Below, in pieces: positions 1 to 7,011 of a stretch of DNA of 20,564 nucleotides (position 1 is its first letter; every line of letters begins with the position of its first letter). This stretch comes from Candidatus Heimdallarchaeota archaeon (GTDB lineage Archaea > Asgardarchaeota > Heimdallarchaeia > Heimdallarchaeales > Kariarchaeaceae): contig WAKA01000125.1 of assembly GCA_015523565.1 (NCBI GenBank), positions 1 to 20,564 on the forward strand, read 5' to 3'. Position numbers and translations under genes: made by a program. Below the pieces are notes generated by a model. That model was not told the origin of the DNA and ran no database searches. It saw nothing but the letters and a program-made list of their open reading frames with translations.

Positions 1-19
1 AGATGTGTATAAGAGACAG
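1..19 (+). other. Nextera/Tn5 mosaic-end adapter remnant (sequencing artefact)
   Basis: Exact match to the 19-bp mosaic end AGATGTGTATAAGAGACAG at the very start of the window. No transposase and no second end present. Confidence 0.97.
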
Positions 20-23
20 ATAA

Positions 24-1145
24 ATGTCCAAGGCTTTAGATCCATCTTTTCAAAAAATAATGGAATTATTAAAAAATAATCCAGAATATCGTAAAGGACT
101 TTACAATATATTGCATAAAGATGAATCTCTACCTTCTAGGCAACTTGATAAAATCATAAATTTACTTGAAAACCAAAATGAAAAATTAAATCAAATGATT
201 GAAAAATTGGACAAACAGACTGATTTAACATTAACAGGATTTAATAAGATTCTGGAGGAATCAAACAAACGCTTTGAGGAATCCAACAAAAGGTTCGACG
301 AGCTTCTGAAGGAAACAAACAAACGCTTTGAGGAATCCAACAAAAGGTTCGACGAGCTTTTGAAGGAAACAAACAAACGCTTTGAGGAATCCAACAAAAG
401 GTTCGACGAGCTTCTGGAGGAAACAAACAAACGCTTTGAGGAATCCAACAAAAGGTTCGACAAGCTTTTGGAAGAATCAAATAAACGCTTTGAGGAAATG
501 AACAAGCGGTTTGAACAGATTGATAAGAGATTTGAGGCTCTCCAAAAGGAGATGAATCAAAGGTTTGAGGAATCCAACAGGAGGTTCGAGGCTCTCCAAA
601 AGGAGATGAATCAAGAATTTGAGGCATCCAACAAAAGGTTTGAAGCTCTCCAAAAAGAGATAAAACAGGGCATTAAGGAAAACGATAACCGATTTGAGGA
701 AACAGATAGGCGATTTGACAAGATTCTTGATCGTTTAGACAATATATTTGTGACGCTCGGTCATGATTTTGAGGAATTCAATAGCCTTTGGCTACAAGAC
801 TATTTTAGAAATCTAGGCTATCCAAAGTTGACTTTCAAAAAGAGAACATTCTATGATGAAAATTATGAAGTTTTCAGCGACAGTAATGATGTTGAAGTTG
901 ATGTTTTCAATGAAAAGCCATTGATTATTGGTGAAGTAACAATCATTGTCAGAAAAATATCTAAAGTCACTATCTTTTTAAGAAAAGTTGATTTTCTCAA
1001 GAAAAAATTTGGGGAACCGTATGCAGTTATTTTTGTGACTTACGGATTCTTACCCAGAATTAGGGACAAGGCGCTTGAACTTCTAGAAAATGCAGGGGTA
1101 AAAGTCTATACAATCAGACAAAGAGAGGTAAATAAAATGAAATGA
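24..1145 (+). CDS. Long coiled-coil protein with C-terminal PD-(D/E)XK-like domain (DUF3782/paREP-like)
   Basis: 373 aa, with in-frame TAA at 21-23 just before the ATG. N-terminal LLKNNPEYRKGL module, 7+11-residue NKRF coiled-coil repeats, C-terminal domain with EVDVF...IIGEVT followed by alpha/beta VIFVTYG. Confidence 0.85.
   Translation: MSKALDPSFQKIMELLKNNPEYRKGLYNILHKDESLPSRQLDKIINLLENQNEKLNQMIEKLDKQTDLTLTGFNKILEESNKRFEESNKRFDELLKETNKRFEESNKRFDELLKETNKRFEESNKRFDELLEETNKRFEESNKRFDKLLEESNKRFEEMNKRFEQIDKRFEALQKEMNQRFEESNRRFEALQKEMNQEFEASNKRFEALQKEIKQGIKENDNRFEETDRRFDKILDRLDNIFVTLGHDFEEFNSLWLQDYFRNLGYPKLTFKKRTFYDENYEVFSDSNDVEVDVFNEKPLIIGEVTIIVRKISKVTIFLRKVDFLKKKFGEPYAVIFVTYGFLPRIRDKALELLENAGVKVYTIRQREVNKMK
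255..660 (+). repeat. Intragenic 54-bp tandem repeats encoding 18-aa coiled-coil units
   Basis: AAACAAACGCTTTGAGGAATCCAACAAAAGGTTCGAC recurs at 263, 317, 371 and 425, with a partial copy at 479. A second 54-bp type (TTYGARGCTCTCCAAAARGAG...) occurs at 531, 585 and 639. Confidence 0.95.
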
Positions 1146-1204
1146 CATTCAATAGAAAAATTATTCCTTATCCAAAATTGGAACCAAAAGTTGCTATTGA
1201 TTTT

Positions 1205-1375
1205 CTATTTGCTTTTCCCTTCTTCAGGAATTTTGTTTTGGTCTTTTTTTTCTATTGGATCTTTATCATAAAGGATTTTCCTGAATTGTTCTCGAAATTC
1301 AGGATCATTTTTGAGTCGTGCAATCAGCGCTTCAACGAATTCTTCCATGTTTACATCTGTGCTTGTATCTGTCAT
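1205..1375 (-). CDS. Small protein (about 56 aa) consisting of the N-terminal module of the flanking coiled-coil paralogues
   Basis: EALIARLKNDPEFREQFRKIL aligns by eye with ESLIAQIESDLEFREKFRKAL (2808 gene) and QKIMELLKNNPEYRKGLYNIL (24 gene). Start is probably the ATG at 1375 or 1381 rather than 1435. A T-rich TATA-like box lies at 1402-1409. Confidence 0.7.
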   Translation of the reverse strand: MTDTSTDVNMEEFVEALIARLKNDPEFREQFRKILYDKDPIEKKDQNKIPEEGKSK

Positions 1376-1833
1376 ATTCATTATTTCATTTGCAAATGCA
1401 CTAAAAAAAGATATTGACGAGGGAATTTTGTTCATTTCATGAATTAGGAGTGCAATTTAAGCAATATGTTATGAGGAAAGAAAATCAATTCCTTAAATTT
1501 CCTTGCGATTTATTATTTATTTAATATTTTGATTAACTTTATAACTGTTCCAACACGAATATTGATTCTGCTGATGGCAAAATTTGATTTCAACAAAATT
1601 AGTGATTTGATAGATTGAGAAAGGTTTATTCAAATTAAATGGACTTAGATCACTTTTTTTGGAATGAAATCTTTATTTTTACATATAACGCAGGTTAAGC
1701 GCAAAAGTGAAAATGCATAAGTAATCTGGAAGAAAGGAAAGATCAGTGAAAATCCAAGATGAATAGATCTAGTCATAATATAGACTTGACGTATTCGAAA
1801 CAATGATCTGCAAATGTTGACTCCATTCATTCT

Positions 1834-2808
1834 TTATTTGTCTGGTTTCCACCCAACATCAAGCACTTCAATGTCGTTTACTCGGCAAATGTCCATTACC
1901 TCTTCCTCGATATCTTCTGCAAAATCCTCAGTTATAATGATGGCTTTTGGTTTTTTTCCAAATTTCTCTGTAATGAACTCCACTTTCTTTTTGAATTTGG
2001 TAATCTTTTTTATGTCATCGATACGATTTGTAACTTCAACCATATAAAGTGGACTGTCTGAGAAAATGTCAATTTCAATATCTTCTGTACCAAGTCTTGC
2101 TTTAGGATCTTTGAACTTTACTCTCCATCTGAGATTGTCTATATTTTCCCCTTTTGCATCTAATAGTGCTCTTAACCATCTGAATGATCGCATTTCAAGG
2201 GGGACAATACCAAGCTTTTTCAACCAATCTTCATGTTTATCAAATCTCCTGTTGAATGCTTTTTTAGTTGATTCAATTTCTTTCCACATTCTCTCAAGGC
2301 TGATTTTCATATCCTCTCTTAGAGCATTGGTTTCCTCTCTGAGTTTCTTGATTTCCTCCCAGACCTTTGCAAAGTTCCTCTCTGATTCCTCGCGTTGCTT
2401 CTTGATTTCCTCATTTAGAGCTTTAGTCTCCTCTCTAAGATTCTTGATTTCCTCCCAAATCTTTACAATGTTGTCATTCTGAACTTTCATTTCCTCTTTT
2501 AGAGCTTTAGTCTCCTCTCTAAGATTCTTGATTTCCTCCCAGACTTTTGTGATTTCCTCTCTCTGAACCTTCATTTCATTTCTAAGATTCTTTATCTCAT
2601 CCCAAATTTGTGTAAGGTTCTCTCTCATTTCAGTCCTTAAGTTTTTAATTTCCTCAAGATTTTTGTTGATACTATCCAATATGGGAACTAAATCTGATTT
2701 CCTGGCATATTCATCGTCAATTCCGAGAGCTTTCCGAAATTTCTCGCGGAATTCCAAATCAGACTCGATTTGGGCAATCAGGCTTTCAATATTATTTGAT
2801 ATAGCCAT
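1834..2808 (-). CDS. Coiled-coil protein with C-terminal PD-(D/E)XK-like domain (DUF3782/paREP-like)
   Basis: 324 aa. N-terminal DLEFREKFRKAL module, YARKSDL (similar to the xATKxD beta-layer motif), WEEIKNLREE heptad repeats, C-terminal EIDIF...YMVEVT...AIIITE. Confidence 0.85.
   Translation of the reverse strand: MAISNNIESLIAQIESDLEFREKFRKALGIDDEYARKSDLVPILDSINKNLEEIKNLRTEMRENLTQIWDEIKNLRNEMKVQREEITKVWEEIKNLREETKALKEEMKVQNDNIVKIWEEIKNLREETKALNEEIKKQREESERNFAKVWEEIKKLREETNALREDMKISLERMWKEIESTKKAFNRRFDKHEDWLKKLGIVPLEMRSFRWLRALLDAKGENIDNLRWRVKFKDPKARLGTEDIEIDIFSDSPLYMVEVTNRIDDIKKITKFKKKVEFITEKFGKKPKAIIITEDFAEDIEEEVMDICRVNDIEVLDVGWKPDK
2318..2610 (-). repeat. Intragenic repeats encoding WEEIKNLREETKAL coiled-coil units
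   Basis: An identical 44-bp segment occurs at 2414-2457 and 2498-2541 (84-bp, 28-aa period), with more diverged copies on either side. Confidence 0.9.
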
Positions 2809-2831
2809 TATAATAAACTCTTATTTGCATT

Positions 2832-2846
2832 ATTTAAAAGTTTCAA
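2832..2846 (-). promoter_or_regulatory. Archaeal BRE + TATA box, leaderless promoter of the 2808 gene
   Basis: Minus strand reads TTGAAAC-TTTTAAAT, with the TATA at -24 to -31 from ATG 2808. Confidence 0.7.
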
Positions 2847-2858
2847 TGTCCAAGAGGC

Positions 2859-3494
2859 TTATTTTGCGGGCTGAACCCATTGAATGTTCCTTTGCCTAGA
2901 AATTTTCATAAATGCCAGTATAAGGAAAACCAAGGAAAGGAATGGTTTGAAAATTACAAAAAATACATAGACAGATAAAATCAAGTTGGTTGCCCCATAT
3001 GCTGCAATGTGTTTGGTGATCAAACGAGCTTGGAATTGCCTTTCCAAACCTATAGCAAAGAAAAACAGTCCCACATTTGCATAAAGAATTGCGGTGATTG
3101 CTTGTGATAGGCTTTGGAACAGGCTTCCTACACCGACATAATCCAGTTTCAGGAACTCAAACAATTGCTGTCCGAAACCGGGGTCAGGATAAGCATCAAT
3201 CAAGATGCGGTATGCGGTTGAGAACAAAATGAAATCCATGGCACCGACAATAATGAAAACTGCAAAAAGGTTCTTGTTTACGACAAGTCTTTTGAAGCCC
3301 CAAATGATGAACAATGTAAAAAGGGTTGTATCCATATAAAAGCCGATGGAAAGTATGGTTTGACCAATATCAACCATCTCCAGTATTCCAAGGACAATGC
3401 CTATGCATATCAATGCCGTTTGGATGATCCAAAATATGAACATTCCATATAGGAAATTGTCTTTCACAACCTCGTCTGGTTTTTCGATGTGCAT
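2859..3494 (-). CDS. Polytopic membrane protein of unknown function (about 6 TM)
   Basis: 211 aa with several long hydrophobic stretches. Starts 29 bp downstream of the wHTH regulator gene on the same strand. Confidence 0.8.
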   Translation of the reverse strand: MHIEKPDEVVKDNFLYGMFIFWIIQTALICIGIVLGILEMVDIGQTILSIGFYMDTTLFTLFIIWGFKRLVVNKNLFAVFIIVGAMDFILFSTAYRILIDAYPDPGFGQQLFEFLKLDYVGVGSLFQSLSQAITAILYANVGLFFFAIGLERQFQARLITKHIAAYGATNLILSVYVFFVIFKPFLSLVFLILAFMKISRQRNIQWVQPAK

Positions 3495-3523
3495 GTTACA
3501 GTTGAGAATTCGAGATTTAATGT

Positions 3524-4783
3524 TTAAATCTGTTTCCCTTTCAAATATAATTCATAGCTCATGCCGTTTCTTCTTTTTTCAATAATTCCCAGATTTGCAA
3601 GTTTTGTGATTTCACGTGAAGCTGTGGCTTTGGACAAACCAAGATGTTCTGCAACCAATTGCTGTGAGCATCCTGGTCTTGATTCTATGATTTCCAGAAT
3701 TTGTTTTTGTCTTGTATCAAGTCTTAGGTCTGAGAATTGTGGAAGGGATTTTGTGTCAGTATGGGAAAATAGGCGTTGAGTCGGAATCTTTCTAATAATG
3801 TCCATTTTCCATGAAATGGCTACTGCAACCAATAAAATGACAAAAATCAAAGACAACAGATATGGAAGGGGTGAGGATGATTCATTTATCTTTACATTGA
3901 TGGAAATTGACACTGTGATAGGTATTTTTGTTCTGTTTGTCATGATCAGCAGATTCGTTTGATAGATACCGCTCTTTTCAAAATTGAAATTAAGGGAAAC
4001 AATTGCTTTTGAAAGTGGTGTGATGGTGAAATTTTTGGGAATTGGTGTGATCCATTCTTGACCTGCTATAGCAACCTTGACAGGTGTCAAGGCAACGTTT
4101 CCAATTTCCATGCTGACAGATGCGGTTTTTGACTGGATGACGAGTGTAAAGCTTGAAGGTTCGGCAATGATTGAATTCATGGCGACATCACTGACAGATG
4201 CAAGAATCGAGCCATTGAACCCTTGAGGAACGACTTCATTCCATTTGAAAAGGAGGAAGTCGTCAGGGGTTGTCATGGTAATTTCTGGATTTGGAGATAC
4301 ATGAGTTACGGCGATTCCCTTGAATATCAGCAGACCAATCTGATGATAACCGACTATACGTGTATAATTCCACCAATAATCAAATGAGAGCTGTGAAAAT
4401 CCAAATTCTATCTTTTGACGGAAAGTTAGTGTAACATCAAGCATTTCTGATGGGAGCAGATCCCTGTTGAATGTGAATTTGACAATGGAATAGTTTTGCA
4501 GGGAAAGTATTTGAGGAGTAATTGAAATGGATGGGATGGAACTTTGAACCTGATATAAGGACATGTTTCGGGAGACGATAATGGAGTCGCTTTTCAAATC
4601 CTGTCCACCAAAATATTTCAATTTGAAGGTGAAGATTGCAACAGTTGGGTACAATACGATGGTGATATTGTTTTCAGCCAATCCAGAAGCTTCCCTGAAA
4701 GGGATTTGGGCGTCACTCCCCAATAGTGCGGGGGGATACACGGCAACTATGACAATTACCAGGAATAAGGGAGTGAACTTCAT
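3524..4783 (-). CDS. Membrane-tethered transcriptional regulator (signal peptide, beta-rich ectodomain, TM, C-terminal winged HTH; COG2512-like architecture)
   Basis: N-terminal MKFTPLFLVIVIVAV signal, beta-strand-rich Ig-like ectodomain, TM LPYLLSLIFVILLVAVAISW, then LDTRQKQILEIIESRPGCSQQLVAEHLGLSKATASREITKLANLGIIEKRRNG (MarR/ArsR-type wHTH). Confidence 0.85.
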   Translation of the reverse strand: MKFTPLFLVIVIVAVYPPALLGSDAQIPFREASGLAENNITIVLYPTVAIFTFKLKYFGGQDLKSDSIIVSRNMSLYQVQSSIPSISITPQILSLQNYSIVKFTFNRDLLPSEMLDVTLTFRQKIEFGFSQLSFDYWWNYTRIVGYHQIGLLIFKGIAVTHVSPNPEITMTTPDDFLLFKWNEVVPQGFNGSILASVSDVAMNSIIAEPSSFTLVIQSKTASVSMEIGNVALTPVKVAIAGQEWITPIPKNFTITPLSKAIVSLNFNFEKSGIYQTNLLIMTNRTKIPITVSISINVKINESSSPLPYLLSLIFVILLVAVAISWKMDIIRKIPTQRLFSHTDTKSLPQFSDLRLDTRQKQILEIIESRPGCSQQLVAEHLGLSKATASREITKLANLGIIEKRRNGMSYELYLKGKQI

Positions 4784-4810
4784 ACCTTACATCTCAAATA
4801 ATATGTTTCC

Positions 4811-6793
4811 CTATGGATACTTGTAGATTTCTATAACTTGTAGAGTTACATCATCAATCTCAATGCTGACAAACTTGGAGAAATCATTGGTATGGTAATC
4901 TATGAACCAGACACCGCCTCCAGATCCAGTATCCAAATAACTGTAATAGGAAATGCTTATCTCGTATTCGGGGGTGGAATTCAGGAATTCAACAACTTCA
5001 GGAAGTGATGAAACAGCATTGAGCACTTCATCTGGGAGATGCTGTGGCATCATATTGGGTTCAGTCAGATATATCAGATTTGCAGTCTGGTTTTCATCTA
5101 GGACGATATAGAATAGTGATGCCTCGGAAATGACATCTGACCAGATATACACAGTCCAAATGTTTTCTTGATATGGGAAACCATTGCCTGAACTGGGTGC
5201 ATTGGGGTCAGATACACTTGGATCCGAGACATTGCCACTTCTTGGATTGTCGATTGCAAAATCATTTCCAGAACCATAAAATATGGAAACTGTGATGGAT
5301 CCATATCTGGAATAGTTTGCAATGAAATCCTGATAGATTGTATCATTCATGACAAGGGCTTTGACTTCTGAAGGGGTAAGGTTTGGCATCATGTTGTCTG
5401 GAATGGTTTGGACATCCATGTGTTTAACAGACATATCACCATCAAGGATGACATTTGCATAAGCAAGCCAAGTCCAAGTTGGATCAATTGACACCCACCA
5501 TTCATCATTGAAGGGATCGTATGACATGTACATGTAATTTTCATAATATGTCTCCGTGAAGTTCTTGATTTCAGGAAGAGCAAGAATTGTATCCAATGCA
5601 GTTTGGATTTGTTGTTCATCGCTCAAATATTTGATACTGTTGCTGACAGAGAAGTTTTGGTCAACAATTGTGATCATTAGGTAATTGAAGGACCAATATT
5701 CTGCTTTTTTAACAGTTGATGACACGTTTTCAAAAGTTTTCCAAGTCCATGCATAGGATTCCGCCAACCAATATGCCTTGGGTTCTCCACTGGAATAGTC
5801 CCACATAAGGGTCAAGGAAAGGTAATTGCTTGGAAATGATTGGTTGAAATCATTGAATTCCTGGATTTGCCCGATTTTTTGTTTCACATTTTCTGCTGTG
5901 TTGACAAGCTTAGACGTATTGTCGAAATTTGTCATTATTCTGCTCATCGATGCGGTGTCATCATTGATCTCTATTGACATCCAATATGGGTTAAAATAAG
6001 GAACCCTGATTGGTTCTTCAGAACTTGGAGCACCAAGAGGGTTTTCTGCGGTAACAGTCTCGGTGTAACCAAGTTCATCACCTTCTGTATCGTTGCCACT
6101 TGATCTAATACCTTCATTCAAGATATAAAAGTCATAATAATCCACAAACCAAGTTACATTGCCGTCAAACCAAATCCATGCATCAAGCAGGGTGCCATTG
6201 ACAGCAGTCATGAATTCATTTACAATCGGATCATCATTTGCAATTGCCAATACCTCATCAGCGGTCAAGTTAGCGGTTGGCCAATCCAGATAGACATCGT
6301 CCCCTTGTACAATATAGACTTGAGTAATTTCCTTCATTTCGTCCCATATCATTATAAGTGCCCAATTTTCATAATTTTGGGTATCATAAGCCTCTACCCA
6401 CCAATATTTTCCGTCAAAGTAAGTCCAATTGCTAAATGAGGGATAATTCTGAAGAAACTCTGAGAATTTGGGATTGCTTTTTGCCAATTCCCAAGCTTCA
6501 TTGCTCGACATTGTCGCTTCCTTGTATTGGGAAACCCATTTCCCATATCTGGAGCTCCCAAACTCTGCTTGACCTATGTAACTTCCCATAGACCGTTGGT
6601 CGGAGGCAATGCCAGGGATTTGGGGTTGATAAACCATTCCGTTGGTTTTGGGAATGGATTTTGGTTTCCAATCAAGGCGTTCCTTGTTTTGGGCTTGCTG
6701 ATTTTGGGTATAATAATACACAGTACCAATTGAGCCTACAATCAGCACACCCATTATAAGTGCTAGAATTTGGGGTGTTTTTATGGCAGTCAT
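4811..6793 (-). CDS. N-terminally anchored surface protein with six PepSY-like alpha/beta repeats
   Basis: Start re-set to ATG 6793, which follows the SD-like AGGTGA. N-terminal TM ILALIMGVLIVGSIGTVYYY. Six repeats of the pattern (L/T)xxEV/AxxxAxxxPxxxEF...W(W/F)V...IxIDD. The PepSY assignment is by eye only. Confidence 0.75.
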   Translation of the reverse strand: MTAIKTPQILALIMGVLIVGSIGTVYYYTQNQQAQNKERLDWKPKSIPKTNGMVYQPQIPGIASDQRSMGSYIGQAEFGSSRYGKWVSQYKEATMSSNEAWELAKSNPKFSEFLQNYPSFSNWTYFDGKYWWVEAYDTQNYENWALIMIWDEMKEITQVYIVQGDDVYLDWPTANLTADEVLAIANDDPIVNEFMTAVNGTLLDAWIWFDGNVTWFVDYYDFYILNEGIRSSGNDTEGDELGYTETVTAENPLGAPSSEEPIRVPYFNPYWMSIEINDDTASMSRIMTNFDNTSKLVNTAENVKQKIGQIQEFNDFNQSFPSNYLSLTLMWDYSSGEPKAYWLAESYAWTWKTFENVSSTVKKAEYWSFNYLMITIVDQNFSVSNSIKYLSDEQQIQTALDTILALPEIKNFTETYYENYMYMSYDPFNDEWWVSIDPTWTWLAYANVILDGDMSVKHMDVQTIPDNMMPNLTPSEVKALVMNDTIYQDFIANYSRYGSITVSIFYGSGNDFAIDNPRSGNVSDPSVSDPNAPSSGNGFPYQENIWTVYIWSDVISEASLFYIVLDENQTANLIYLTEPNMMPQHLPDEVLNAVSSLPEVVEFLNSTPEYEISISYYSYLDTGSGGGVWFIDYHTNDFSKFVSIEIDDVTLQVIEIYKYP

Positions 6794-6818
6794 GTTGTTC
6801 ACCTGTCCTTATTTTTTC

Positions 6819-6891
6819 TGAAACAGCTTAAGAACCTGATGTGTTTCATGTTTCATTTATGTTTCAAGGTGTTTCAGGTTCTCATGAAACA
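6819..6891 (-). promoter_or_regulatory. Operator array: six TGAAACA/TGTTTCA heptamers surrounding a putative TATA box
   Basis: On the + strand: TGAAACA 6819-6825; TGTTTCA 6842-6848, 6849-6855, 6860-6866, 6870-6876; TGAAACA 6885-6891. Includes the palindrome TGTTTCA-N8-TGAAACA. A TATA-like CTTAAG lies at 6827-6832. Confidence 0.75.
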
Positions 6892-7011
6892 TTTGTTCCC
6901 CATCTCATCATGTCATTTACATCCATTGTCTCCAATGTCCTCATTCTGAAGTTGAATGGGCATTATCTTATGATGCAATTGCCTCATTTCATCACAAAGG
7001 GAACTTACCCA

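Noticed and set aside
1-19. Tn5/IS50 transposon end
   Set aside because: This is the engineered mosaic end used in Nextera libraries, at a contig edge, with no transposase or partner end.
191-627. Antisense ORFs 191..505 and 241..627
   Set aside because: They are shadows of the stop-poor tandem repeat on the opposite strand of a convincing gene.
255-660. CRISPR array
   Set aside because: The units are contiguous 54-bp in-frame coding repeats without unique spacers, and no cas genes are present.
1244-1251. A8 run in the mini-gene as a programmed frameshift or phase-variation site
   Set aside because: Only about 100 bp remain before the convergent gene, leaving no room for a coiled-coil or nuclease continuation.
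1436-1833. ncRNA or replication origin in the ~400-bp AT-rich gap
   Set aside because: Only weak short inverted repeats; no tRNA cloverleaf or ORB-like repeats recognised, and no adjacent cdc6.
1142-2047. ORFs 1142..1417 (+), 1645..1830 (-) and 1814..2047 (+)
   Set aside because: No recognisable motifs. Two are antisense to better-supported genes, and the third lies in an AT-rich intergenic stretch with atypical composition.
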